A model generated the notes under the pieces. That model was given only the letters and a program-made list of their open reading frames with translations, searched no databases and was not told the DNA's origin. DNA of 63,688 nt, the filler included, from Octopus bimaculoides (Eukaryota): assembly GCF_001194135.2 (NCBI RefSeq). It is 7 parts of 7 records of this genome, joined end to end, with 100 filler letters (N's around TTAATTAATTAA, not from the genome) between each part and the next. Parts side by side here need not be neighbours in the genome. Positions count along the whole stretch, not along the records: positions 45,725 to 60,603 come from NC_068997.1; positions 60,704 to 62,169 come from NW_026411803.1; positions 62,270 to 63,688 come from NC_068989.1; 4 more parts are not named here. One strand, given 5' to 3'. How positions within the stretch are numbered: position 1 is the stretch's first letter; each line of letters begins with the position of its first letter. The position numbers were made by a program, and so were the translations under genes. Shown piece after piece: positions 50,493-63,688 of the stretch.

Positions 50493-52039
50493 NNNNNNNN
50501 NNNNNNNNNNNNNNNNNNNNNNNNNNNNNNNNNNNNNNNNNNNNNNNNNNNNNNNNNNNNNNNNNNNNNNNNNNNNNNNNNNNNNNNNNNNNNNNNNNNN
50601 NNNNNNNNNNNNNNNNNNNNNNNNNNNNNNNNNNNNNNNNNNNNNNNNNNNNNNNNNNNNNNNNNNNNNNNNNNNNNNNNNNNNNNNNNNNNNNNNNNNN
50701 NNNNNNNNNNNNNNNNNNNNNNNNNNNNNNNNNNNNNNNNNNNNNNNNNNNNNNNNNNNTATATATATATATACCTCAATGCTTATGCCTCTCAATAGAT
50801 GAATACACTCTTATAAACACACTTATACACATACTCCTCCCCTCCCTTCTTGATTCCCGCTCAGAACCACATTTCCACCTGGCGTTGACACCCTTAGACG
50901 TTTTTCGTCATCTCTAACCAATTTTTCTGTCTACTCCTTTACTTTTCTTCCTTATTTTCCTTCTGATGAAGCATAATGAAGCATAACCATCTGTAATGTC
51001 TTTTCTTTTCAACGTCAAAATTAGGCAGCAATTAAATCTTGTCTTCCTGTTTTGTTGCCGTCGCTACTTTCATAATATGACTTTAGTACTCGAATGAGAC
51101 TCTATATGCGTATCTATAAATCTATCTAATCCTCTCTCACTTTCTCACCCTCAGCGTAATTGTATGTATGTACGTACGAAAGAACGTACGTCTGCCTGAT
51201 TGCGTGTGTACTTATGTATATATGTAAGTGTGAATTATATATGTTTATGTTTGTACTTCTTTTTTTATTAGAATGCTTTCTAGAAGGAAAGAACGCTCGT
51301 ATGTTGAATTTTTACAATTTTACTTATAGACTGTACTTGTAAAGTACGTATTCGTCTGTCACTTTCTTTGCTCGAAAACGTTTCTAGTTTTTCCAAATTG
51401 TCACTCAGACAAATAGAACATGACCAAGTACTACAAGGATTATTGTAATCGAAATTTAAGAGCTGCATGTTTCGAAGCAGTTGTCCATGAATATTCTACA
51501 TCTTACTTATTTTTAGAAGAGATGTTTACACCCGAAAGCTTGCTCATCTCTACGACCCTGTTTTTCTTTTCACTTCGAAACAGCTATGTAACATTTGTTA
51601 TGTTTACACTCGGATGACATTTCGATGGGAATAATACAACAATATTTCTAAGATTGACAAGAATGTGTGTAATAGCACAGGTGTTGGCCATATTTATTCG
51701 AGGGCAGCGTTTCTGGCATTCAACAAGGTTTTAACATGTTGCAATGAGTACTGCAGTAACATTTTTGGACAGCGCTGGTTACATGTACTATGTCCTGAGC
51801 AGAACAGTTGTATTATCAACATTTAATTACATCTTGGGAGTTTAAGGGCTTCACTGTCTTATTTATTTACTAAATGTATTTCATAGCCATCTTCTACACT
51901 TGGATAGCAAAAATGAAACCTTTAAGTTGTGGGTGATGTAATGCTTAGAAGCCCAAGCGAACCTAAAATTCCTGTTCTTATTATCATGCTCCTTACGCTA
52001 AATGGGAACATATCATGCATGACATTTTTGTGGCATGTG

Positions 52040-52630
52040 TTCCCCTTGGAAGACTTCGCCAAAATATGGTAATCATGCACCTTTGATTTCAGACTTCATG
52101 TCGTGAGTGCATGATTATCCCCATTTTCGACCGCCAGGTTAACATCGTCCATTGGGTTCCCTGTTACCAAACAGTGAACAAAAGTGTACTTTGTTGAGGT
52201 TTTGAGAGAGACCAGGAACAGATTTCGTCGCAAAAGGCCGGAGCTCGGGTCGGTGGCACTTGCATCAGGACAATGCACCAGTCCACATCTTGATAAACAT
52301 CTTGACAACCAAAGCATTTCAGAGAGATGGGCACAAAAACTGTCCCTCACCCTCCCTACAGTCCAGACCTTGTTCCCTATGACTTTTGCTTGTTCTCCAA
52401 ACATAAGGAGGACCTTAAGCGTAAACATTCAGAACATGGAGGAAGCTGTGGAAACAATCCTTGAAACCTTCCGTTTGGAGGACTTCCATGGAGTCGTCAT
52501 GAAGGGGTCGCAGCGCTACGAGTCCATTGAAAGGAGAGGATCATACTTTGAAGGAGATGGGAATTTTGTACTACTTTGAAATTAATAAATATCTCCTGAG
52601 AGTGTCTCAGAAGTTCTGCAATGCACCTTG
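52040..52630 (+). mobile_element. Mariner transposase C-terminal relic
   Basis: RFRRKRPEL, WHLHQDNAPVH, PHPPYSPDLVPYDF, RRGSYFEG. Confidence 0.88.
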
Positions 52631-53564
52631 AATGTATGTATGTATGTATGTATGTATGTATGTATGTATGTATGTATGTATTTATGTATGTATATATGTA
52701 TATACGTATATATGTATGTATGCATGCATGTATGTATGTATGTATGTATGTATGTATCTATGTATGTATGTATGTATGCGGGAATGTTTTGTTATGTATG
52801 TGTATCTGTTTATTCGGCTGCCTGTATCTAATACGTACTTACATATATGCAAACATATGTATATACACATTATATGTATACATACATTGGTATATATGTG
52901 TTCGTATGCATATAGACAGAGAGAGCAGTCAGGCTGGTACTGTTCCCTCCCTCTCTTTCCCTTTCTTTTACTCTCCCTTTCTCTCTCTCTGTTTCTATCG
53001 TTCTCTTTCACGCATACACATGCATACTCAAAACAAACACACCCACACACATACATACACGCGCACATGCATGCGCACATATTTCAGCCTCTACTTTATA
53101 CTCATACTTAGCAAGAGCCTTATTTCAATTTCAAATCATCTATTTAAACGAACTGCTACATATTGACTGCTGCAATAATTGTAGTTATCTTACACTTGTT
53201 AATTAATTAATTAGTTAAGGAGCTAATTAATTAGATGTTTTCATTTCTTATTAAATTTCGCTTATCTTTAGCGTATTCTGTGACATCTTCCCCGTTATCT
53301 ACGCTGGTTAATGAAAGTCTTACACTGAGATTTACCAATATCAGTGACATTGTCACGGAACCATGTTAATAAGGAGAAAACAAAATTTAAAAACAAAAAC
53401 ACTACTATGAAATGGCACACGAACGCATACATAATCATATTTATACACTCGCACTAATACGTATGTGCTTGTGCATGTGTGTGTGTATGAGTGTGTGCGT
53501 TTGTGCGTGTTTATACACACACACATATATACGTACAAGGTGATATACCGACATACATTTACAG

Positions 53565-53615
<51 letters not shown>

Positions 53616-53684
53616 CAGACAGATAAGCAGGCAGACAGACAGACAAGCAGACAGACAGACAGATAGACAGACAGACAGACAGAC

Positions 53685-53717
<33 letters not shown>

Positions 53718-54264
53718 CCTGTTGTATACCTATAGGCACAGGAAATACATAAACCATACACACACATGCACCCCCACCTATATATACCTATACTTAATTA
53801 TATACGCACATAATATAATTTATATGTGTGTGTGTATGTGTGCGTATGCGTGTGTGTGTGTGCCTGTATGTATGTGTCTTTTTGTGTGTGTTTGTGTATA
53901 CATAACGCGTATATACATAAACACAGATATGCACTTACCCGCACAGACACAATACGCTTGTGTGTACGTATCTTTGTCTAAACAACACTCACAAATTCTA
54001 TGCAAGCCTATCACTCATTGCTTGACGTGTTATATTTATTTCCTATGTTACCATTCAATTCGTTTCATAAAATTTACTTAAAAATTCCATCGACTATTTT
54101 ACCATTTTGAGAAATGAAGACTATGTATGAAGGTACATCACCGTCTTCTCTATGGTCTCTAGGGATGTTCAAATCCCATTTGTGCCCGTTGCTTAAATTG
54201 TAATTTATATTCTGAAAATATCAATGCAATATGATTCAATTTGTTGTCCTCTATTATTGCATAG

Positions 54265-54354
54265 ATCCTGGCCGTTTACTGGAACATCAATGCTATGCAG
54301 CACTGTGGAAGGAAGGATTCAGAAGAAAGGTAGCAAAATATTTGCAATCTCAGG
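54265..54354 (+). CDS. Candidate exon of an unidentified gene
   Basis: Pyrimidine-rich TTGCATAG| acceptor; 90 nt open phase 1-1 (DPGRLLEHQCYAALWKEGFRRKVAKYLQSQ); the donor GTGACC is weak. Confidence 0.25.
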
Positions 54355-55080
54355 GTGACCACGGATGAGGATGGGCTCCAGTTGTGTAAGCAGCATCTTT
54401 TATCTTTCACTTCCTTCAGTCGTTGTGGCCCCGTCTTGAAGGGGTTTTTGTTAAACAAGTCGAACCCAGTGCTTAATTTTTTTTAAAGTTTGGTATTTAT
54501 GCCATTGATCCTTTTTTGTCAAGCTGCTTAGTTGCGGGATGTAAACAAACCAATAGCAGTTGTTAACCGGTGGGGGAGGAACGAACAGAGACACAAAGAC
54601 ACCCCTCTCCTCATATATATGTATAATATTTACACATACACACAGGTTTTCATATATATATATATANNNNNNNNNNNNNNNNNNNNNNNNNNNNNNNNNN
54701 NNNNNNNNNNNNNNNNNNNNNNNNNNNNNNNNNNNNNNNNNNNNNNNNNNNNNNNNNNNNNNNNNNNNNNNNNNNNNNNNNNNNNNNNNNNNNNNNNNNN
54801 NNNNNNNNNNNNNNNNNNNNNNNNNNNNNNNNNNNNNNNNNNNNNNNNNNNNNNNNNNNNNNNNNNNNNNNNNNNNNNNNNNNNNNNNNNNNNNNNNNNN
54901 NNNNNNNNNNNNNNNNNNNNNNNNNNNNNNNNNNNNNNNNNNNNNNNNNNNNNNNNNNNNNNNNNNNNNNNNNNNNNNNNNNNNNNNNNNNNNNNNNNNN
55001 NNNNNNNNNNNNNNNNNNNNNNNNNNNNNNNNNNNNNNNNNNNNNNNNNNNNNNNNNNNNNNNNNNNNNNNNNNGATTCC

Positions 55081-55167
55081 GCGGTACACGTGTTTCAAGC
55101 TTTATAGTCGTTGCATCATTATATTGGTATATAATTGATAGACAGGATGGTATAACACTATCTTCAG

Positions 55168-55171
<4 letters not shown>
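55081..55171 (-). ncRNA. Type I hammerhead motif with long stem II
   Basis: GCGG-CTGAAGA-[~62 nt]-GAAA-CACGTG-TA-CCGC. Intact core, GUA triplet, perfectly palindromic stem III ACACGUGU. Confidence 0.7.
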
Positions 55172-55217
<46 letters not shown>

Positions 55218-55674
55218 GTACAGCACTTCAATAACTGTGCAAACAACATGAAATCCGTAAAAGCAGGACAAGTAAACACAGAGAAAGTACCCTTCAACAG
55301 TTGTCGGCTGCCTATCTACTCCTCATTTCGAGAATTCAAAGACAATATGAGTCTTCAAAGATAGTTGCTCCCATAAATTCCAAAATAGAATTTGGGATTT
55401 ATGGAGGGTCAACATTGGGAACAAAATCAGGACAGTGGAGACATAGAAGGAAACCGAACTATAACAAACATGGAGGGTCGTTAGACCAAAACGAGAGGAG
55501 AATAGTGATCACTGGGAGAATCTTCTTTGAAAAGAGAAAAGATAGAAGAGAGAGAATTAAAACGTCCAGTCTTCTGAACATCTTTGCAGGAAAAGAAGGA
55601 TTGTAACGTGAGGAAAAAATAGATGGACGATGATCACGTGTCACCAACAAGTGAGAGAAAAAGACAAAGAGGGG

Positions 55675-55725
<51 letters not shown>

Positions 55726-57531
55726 TACATACATATACATACATACATACATACATACATACATTGTCAAAAATCTGCAAAAATCTGCTGAAGATGTTAT
55801 ACTCGATACAAATTTTTAACATAACATAATGCCTTGAATACTATACATGTACGATACACTATGTTATACAATCGGTTTCAAAATTCGGCACAAGGCCAGC
55901 AATGATGAGGGAGAGGTACATCGATTACATCGACTCCCCCAATACTCAACGTGTACTTGTTTTATCAACCCCGAAAGGGTGAAAGGCAAGGGCGACTTCG
56001 GTGGAATTTGAAATCAGAACGTAAAGACGAACGAAATGCCGTCGGCGTGCTAACAGTTCTGCCATTTCACTGTCTTACACTATGCTACACATATTAATGA
56101 TTGTTTTGATATTAACTAACAAAAATAACGGCAACGCATTAGATTAGAGGTTTCAGTGCTGAAAAATAATAGAAGTTTAAATATAAACAATATCACAATA
56201 TTACATCTACACCTCACTGGCCACACCAGGCATATGAACCGTTGACTCTGATATTCCACACCTCTAAACTATACAAAGCATACACACATATGCACACAAA
56301 CAAACACACACACACACATTACTGCGAGGAAATATTTGGGGATATATGTGATAATAATAAGTCTGCTCATAATCCAAAAATTAATCTTGTCAAGCAAAGC
56401 CAACTGCCTACGCATGACACTTTTTAATAACACAAATCACACAGTACACTCTCTCTTTACAATCTCTAAACAAGAATATAACAAAATACATACAACATAT
56501 TCACTAGATAATCACCACAACAATAATGTAGCGCAGCCCACACAACACAGCTCGATACAATCACACACAAAATACAGTATCTATATATCCACTGCATGTA
56601 ATCAATATAATCACCACACAATAACTTATAACATAGCCTACGCAGCATACTCCAAAACCATCACCACCAACAACATCACCATCACCAACACCGACATCAT
56701 TACCGATACCAACATCATTGTCATCATCATCTCCACCAGCATCACCGCCACCACCACCGCCACAACCGCTACCCACCACCACAACCGCCAGTACAACCAT
56801 TCATCCTGTACTATAGCACAACCAGCACAACATATATTCTTCACAATTACCGGGTATTTAATAATAACGCAAATCATATTGCACAATCAACAAACATATG
56901 AAAAAAAAAAAAAGAAACTGAAATAAAATTCCAAAACCAAGAAAGCAAACTGCAAAATAAATCAATAATGATGTAGAATACAAATACAGTCGTAGACGTC
57001 GTGGCCCAACCTCAAATATTACTGCGCAAATACATTACAGAAACCAGGAGTGCACCTGTTGGGGCAGTGGAGATTCTCATAGAACACTTGCAAATAATAA
57101 AATTATGATGATGATGATGATGAACATCTTCAGCGTTATAGCAATAATAATAATAACCCTTTCTACTATAGGCACAGGCCCGAAATTTGTGGGAGAGGAG
57201 GCCAGTTGATTAGATCGAGCCCAGATCGAGCCCAGTTTGATTTATCGAATGATGAAAGGCAAAGTCCACCTGGGCGACATATGAATTCAGAACGTAAAGC
57301 CGGAGGAAGTGAAGCTAAGCCTTTTGCCCAGCGTGCTAACGGTTCTGCAAGTTAGGCACAACGTCTGCAGTTTCGTAGAAATGTGCTAATCGATTATATC
57401 GACCACATTGTTCAGCAGATACTTATTTCCTCGACTCCGAAAGGATGAAAAGCAATGTCGACCTCATCGGAATCTGAACATAGAATGTAGCGACAGGCGA
57501 AATACTACTAAACATTTCGTCTAGCGCGCTA

Positions 57532-57605
<74 letters not shown>

Positions 57606-58459
57606 CAACAACAACAGCAACAGTAAAAATAAAGTGCTCTCTGAAATATTTTTAAAACGAATACATAAATGAATGAAATAGATTAAAATAAAAGAACTAT
57701 GAAGGTCTTTAATGATAATTACATAGATGATCGTGGGGCAATTAATAGTGAATAATGCTAAATGCATATAATTGTATATCGACCTAAGCACTGGATTGAT
57801 TGCATTCGGAAACTGTGATTTACGACTGAAGAAATTATCGATCTGGAACTATTCAGTGTGCGAATCGATTTGACCTGTTTTTCATTTGGAACAGAGAACA
57901 ACCAACCAGCTGAGCTACAGCTAACACCTCCCCAATTATCCGAGCAGATCATTTAGAAATAAATATATAAAAAATGTCCTGAAATAATGAGGTAATGATA
58001 TGTTTCGTATGGAGGTGGCGGGGTGAAAATAGCAGCTTTATTTCACATATAATCTAGTCGTCACTTGCAATTAACTTAATAACCGTACACGCTATAGACG
58101 GTACAATTTTCGCAGCGAAGTAATTTTCCATATCTTCGTCAAATTAGTCTAACATGGAATCGAACTTCTATTATGATTACCAGTTCCATATTTATATGCA
58201 GTGTTTCTTATTGATCAAACTTTAAGTTACATTTCTTAATTTCCTGTATAGATTCTCTCTATTTTTTTTATATATTTCTTTTGATATTTTTTCTTAGTTA
58301 TTTGCCATTTTTTCAAAACATTTTCTTTTTCAAAATACGATTGCAGTATTCAAGAGTTTTAAAACGAATTAGGTTACGGAAGAAATTTTAATTTCGGAAT
58401 CAAAAGGACTGCAATTATTATTGGTTCCATGAAGACTTTGTCAACGCCCCCCCCCCGGC

Positions 58460-58530
<71 letters not shown>

Positions 58531-58924
58531 TCTCTGTTCCTTCCAGTCTATCTTCCCTTCTATAGATGTTTAATACACTAAAACGCCCTCTCGTGACAGA
58601 CAAGTCATTTACATGTTTTTCTTCTTTCATGAAATTAGTTGAAAATAAATGTATTTGTTTGAATGATGTAAAACGAATTTACAGGAATGGAATTTCAGAA
58701 CAGGCATTTTGCGAAAATTCGATAATCTCGATCAAAATATGTTATATTTAGTGTTTCTCAGTATGTAAAATGTTATATATGCGTGTGAATGTGTAATTGT
58801 ACAAGTGTGTATAAATGTATATACCTCAATGTATATATATGTAAGTATGCGTATACTCATGTGTGTGTTTGTGTGTGCGCGCGCGCATGTTTATGTATAT
58901 ATTTATATTTATATACATATATAG

Positions 58925-59345
58925 ACGGAGGAGTGGCTGTGTGGTAAGAAGCTTGCTTCCCAACCTCATGGTTCCGAGTTCAGTTCCACTGTGTATCAGC
59001 TTGCACAAGTGTCTTCCACTATAGGTATGGACCGACCAAAGCCTTGTGAGTGGATTTGGAAGACAGAAACCGAAAGAAGTTCGTCGTATGTATGTATATA
59101 TGTATGTATGTATGTATGTATGCATGTATGTATGTATTTGTGTTTCTGTGTTTAACCCCCCCCCCACCATTGCTTGACATCGATGTTGATGTGTTGGCGT
59201 CCGTGTAACTTAGTGGTTCGCTAACAGAGATCAATAGAATAAGTACTAGGCTTACAAAGAATAAGTGCTGGAGTCGATTTGTTCGACTGAACGCGGTGCT
59301 CCAGCATGACCGCAGTCAAATGACTGAAACAAATGAAAGAGTAAA
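58925..59345 (+). mobile_element. Complete tRNA-derived SINE (first family) with gap-free internal (TATG)n tract
   Basis: Head, microsatellite and tail are contiguous, showing the full family structure. Confidence 0.85.
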
Positions 59346-59955
59346 AGAGATTATGTATACATATATGTATATTTGTATACAAGTCAACGTATATAAATAT
59401 AAGTATATACATGTGTGCGCATTTTCACCTAGACACTCTCTCAACACACATACACGCACACACATTCATATGTGCGTTTGTTTGTGCATGTATGTATGTA
59501 TGTATAGATAGATAAATCGATAGATTCTGGTGGCTGTATATACCTATTCCCCTTTTAAAATTTTCAGTAATATCGCGACGTCATCATCTGGTTGAAGTAA
59601 AGTTACTGGTACGTTATTGCCGCGGCATTGTACCAGATATCAAGGGATGAATGGTGTAGCTATGATGCTATGTCCTCTATTATGATGTGTGATAATGGTT
59701 TGGAAAAACTACATTAATAGACTACGAAACGTTATTGTATCAAAATAAACAAGGCCTACGAACTAATACGGATATATGAAGGAACTTTATTGAAAAACAA
59801 TAGGATGCCAAAGGAGTCCTGTCCTCAACATATCAGAAAGACATACAACACCGACGCACACAATGCACGCGCATCCATGCACATGCGCTGAGATATCAAT
59901 ATTTGTACATATGTATATATGAACAAAAATATGTATTCGTACATATATGATGTAA

Positions 59956-60092
<137 letters not shown>

Positions 60093-60348
60093 CGTGTGTG
60101 TATATATATATTTACACATTACTATAAAGTTTGTCATCGAGGAAATTTATTGGAAATGCACAACATAGTAATCTCTATTTCTGAAGAGTTCCTCAGTCAC
60201 GGACTATTAAATTCAATAAAGCCGGGATTTTAACATTCAAATAACTATTGAGGAGTGAGACACACACACAATTACAAACACGTATGTATGTGACTGTAAA
60301 AGAATGTGTTCGTGTATTATTTTCTCTCTGTGTGTGTATGTGTGTGTT

Positions 60349-60405
<57 letters not shown>

Positions 60406-60516
60406 TTCATATATGAAGCTGTTTTACTCAGTATCCAAACTTTGATGAAATAGTATTAAATTTATGACTACTAAACATTGTTATTTCTAGTTTTCTCATT
60501 TCATTTCTCCTTTCAG

Positions 60517-60589
60517 CTTTTATCTGTCAGTCACGTTTCCTGGCGATAACCGTAAAGTGTTGTGACATGATATATAATATGAAGGAAAG
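60517..60589 (+). CDS. Candidate exon (coding or 5' UTR plus start)
   Basis: Strong acceptor TTTTCTCATTTCATTTCTCCTTTCAG| and donor AAG|GTATGT; one open frame (FICQSRFLAITVKCCDMIYNMKE). Confidence 0.4.
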
Positions 60590-60603
60590 GTATGTCAGTG
60601 TAT

Positions 60604-60703
60604 NNNNNNNNNNNNNNNNNNNNNNNNNNNNNNNNNNNNNNNNNNNNTTAATTAATTAANNNNNNNNNNNNNNNNNNNNNNNNNNNNNNNNNNNNNNNNN
60701 NNN
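60604..60703. other. Artificial scaffold-joining spacer
   Basis: 44 N + TTAATTAATTAA (60648-60659) + 44 N. Confidence 0.95.
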
Positions 60704-61880
60704 GTGCGTGTGTGTATATGTATATATATATGTGTGTGTCTATATAAATGTTACGAAATTTCCTGTCAGTAAGTAAGAGAGTAAGGGAGTAACACTTCAG
60801 TTATAAGAATAAAGAATATATTTCTACAATCAATGTTTACCTGCTAAGTCGGCGAGCTGGTAGAAATGTTTGCGTGCCGGGTGAAGTACTTGACTGTATT
60901 CTGTCTGTCTTTATGAGTTCAAATTTCGCCAAGGTCGACTTTGATGTACAGATTATTTTGTTTTTTAACTAAACACTTTCAAACTTCTGATACTGGTAGA
61001 ATATGTCACATAGAAAAGGGTTTACTCTTACTGTTTTTGAAAGAATTTCGTATTTTAGAAGCGGTATTTCGTCTGTCTTTACGTTCTAAGTTCAAATTCT
61101 GTTGAGGTCGACTTTGTCTTTCATCCATTTCGGATCTATTCAATTAGATGTACAGATTATTTAATTAATTTTTTAAAACTAAACACTTTCAAACTTCCGA
61201 TACTGGTAGAATGTGTCACATAGAACAAGGTTTACTCTTAACATTTTGAACAATGGAATTGTAACTAAAAATTAAATTTAAAATGTAGATTGTATGATTG
61301 ATTAATGATTATTTAGGAACAAAATTCATAAATAAAAAGAATTGACAAGATTTTTTTAAATTTGGAAATTAAAAATGTTTTTTTTTTTTGGTTTATAAAA
61401 TGGTTTTAATTTATGAAAAACCAAATATTTACATAAAATTGAAGGTACAATAATAGTAATTTTTTATTGCAAAATTAGGTTACTTAAGTGAGGCTGGTAA
61501 CTGACGGTTTTGGGGTCTTGTTTGTAATTTTTGGTGAGCCATGGTGCAACCAACAACATGGTAAAAATCCCTGCCATTAATTTGGTGTGGATGGGTAATA
61601 TCAAATAATTCAATCACAACATATATTTAAATTAAACATGAAAAAAATTGAAATATTTTCATCACTTACATGGAAAAATTGAAATATTATCTTTCAGTAT
61701 TTTTATAAGGTAAAATCATAAATTATTAATTGACACATTATTAATTATCTTATAACAGCAACGCCTGGAAAAATCATGGATTACATGGACAAATGCGAGC
61801 ATGAAAAGTAATATTCTTAAGATTATAAACCTGGAAAAGTACAGGACAAGTTATACCTGTAAAAGTATTACTTCAAGTAA

Positions 61881-62169
61881 AGTAAAGAATAGGAAACTTT
61901 TTACTTAAAATATTGCAGCTAAAATTAAAATTTGAATATTAAACATTATTTCGTTATAGTTTACAAATAACACTATACTTATTTAAGTAGAATTTGGCTA
62001 ATTTACTACCTTAAATGCAGAAAAAAGTGACTAATTAGACAAACTTACAAATTAGCTGAACAATTTTGTACAATAAATTCAAAAGATGAGAACTGTAAAG
62101 AGTGATAAATTAGAAGAGTTGGCATTCTTTGCTGCAATATTTTAAGTAAAAAGTTTCCTATTCTTTACT
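61881..62169. repeat. Perfect 39-bp inverted repeat (right arm cut by the scaffold end)
   Basis: 61881-61919 is the exact reverse complement of 62131-62169. Confidence 0.9.
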
Positions 62170-62269
62170 NNNNNNNNNNNNNNNNNNNNNNNNNNNNNNN
62201 NNNNNNNNNNNNNTTAATTAATTAANNNNNNNNNNNNNNNNNNNNNNNNNNNNNNNNNNNNNNNNNNNN
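62170..62269. other. Artificial scaffold-joining spacer
   Basis: 44 N + TTAATTAATTAA (62214-62225) + 44 N. Confidence 0.95.
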
Positions 62270-62349
<80 letters not shown>

Positions 62350-63546
62350 TTCATATATCAGCTGTGATGAATGGAATATATATCTAGATGTTCAATCGGA
62401 TCTAATTAGGTATTTTAAGGGCATCCTCAAAACAAACAAATAAATGAATATTTAAAAATAAAATCAAATAAAGCATGAAATAAAAAAAAATGATGGACAT
62501 ATACATGGTGTTAATGATCGTTTAAACATCTGGCGGACACTAAACGGTGAAATTGCAGATGCAGGCAATTGATGACGTACGTTCGTGGCCAGTTACTCTT
62601 CAATTTAGGAGATCAAAATATTAGTTCTAATATAAGAAAACATATTTAGTGTGGCTGTGTAAAAAGAAAACAGTTACTTCTTTTGTTGTTGTTGTTTTTA
62701 TTATTCAACCCGCTCCCAGGTCAATCCTGAAAGACCAGATCGAGCTTCAATGACGTTCCAGACATGACCAATCCGTCTTTGCGTTCTTTGTATTTTTGCG
62801 TTTCATCGTGGGTTATTCAACACGTTCTTCGTTTTGTAAAACGGTCGCCTGTGATTTAAAGTAGATTTAGCTGCCATTTCTAGAAATTCATTTACTGATT
62901 AATCTTAATTCTCATTTAAAAAGAGACTACACATTCCGGGATGACTGAAACGAGAATGCATGATTATTCAAACTCCTTTGATATTTTGACCACGACCAGC
63001 CAGACTTATTTTCAGACATAGTCTATCCAAGACTGTATTTTCTAATGTCTTTACTTGTTTAAGATAGTATAATGTCATTTAATGAAGATTTGGCTGTTAT
63101 TTCTAGCAAATCGAGGGATCATGTAGAAGCCTGTCCCATTACCTCAGGTTTAAGTCTCAAGTGGAAGAAAACAAAGGCGCATAGTGGAAATACATTGCGT
63201 TCTTCAAATTTTAGCTTTAAATCTAATAATTACATTACAAGGACGCTTAATATATTTTCTCTATACAATAGATTGTAGTTAATTAAACCGTGTGTTTAAT
63301 TAGATTAATTAATCGGAGGAGCTATTTGTTTGTGTTACAACTTAGGCAAATAAAACAAAAAGATTGAACATGAACTGTTTTAAATGTGATCATTTACTGA
63401 CAGTTTTGGCTGACGGCATGAAGGGTACTTTTGAGTAAATGAGATCTCTTTTTTCATTGCATATTCAATATGTTTTGGATATTCGATACACATACGCACA
63501 CACACATACACACATACACACATACACACATAAATATATATGTATA

Positions 63547-63688
63547 TACGGGGTACTGTAAAGTTTCTAGCGTTAAGGGTATCGCAAAAGGCCTGGTTGG
63601 AGGCCCAAACATCCGAGTTCTTTTACAGGTACAGCTGCAGTAAGTGTGTGAATCTGAGAGGGAAATATGTTGAATAAAATCATAATTA
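63547..63688 (+). mobile_element. Probable internally deleted mariner derivative
   Basis: Starts after TA and contains CSKCVNLRGKYVE-stop, resembling the mariner C-terminal KCV..G.YVE motif. Confidence 0.5.

Noticed and set aside
51565-51595. GAAAC-AGCTAT-GTA hammerhead 3' half
   Set aside because: There is no CUGANGA core upstream.
1640-55297. Long ORFs full of X in the track (for example 1640-2350, 12103-12945, 33702-34661, 37763-39007)
   Set aside because: They are open only because N-runs contain no stop codons.
60945-61245. Diverged ~95-nt direct repeat
   Set aside because: Two fragments of common repeats, each preceded by SINE sequence, with no unique content.

Overview
AT-rich, microsatellite-dense animal genomic DNA. 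The SINE and LINE content suggests an octopus or other coleoid cephalopod, which is an inference and not a database match. The window is not one locus: six identical 100-nt spacers (44 N + TTAATTAATTAA + 44 N) join seven pieces (1-15273, 15374-30641, 30742-41768, 41869-45624, 45725-60603, 60704-62169, 62270-63688), so neighbourhoods only count within a piece. Most of the sequence is decayed transposons: CR1-like and RTE LINEs, a Penelope-like element, Helitrons, mariners, MITEs and tRNA-derived SINEs. Nearly all long ORFs in the track are artefacts of N-runs or microsatellites. The standout is piece 2, which appears to hold a small cluster of an unrecognised gene family. Two head-to-head paralogous first exons (A, minus, 16818-16620; B, plus, 20130-20343) share a duplicated upstream region with a perfect CRE and encode an amphipathic helix + CPC + basic + acidic N-terminus. 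B continues through two 63-nt phase-1/1 exons. Two more phase-1 terminal-exon candidates (plus 18658-18812; minus 30284-30031, in a frame the ORF track missed) carry related ~21-24 aa Ser/Thr/Pro + E-F-x-Y-x-x-[YH]-E modules. Secondary highlights are four type I hammerhead ribozyme motifs and a Helitron-adjacent minisatellite built from STAT/ETS-type motifs. No product could be named, and all gene models need transcript confirmation.
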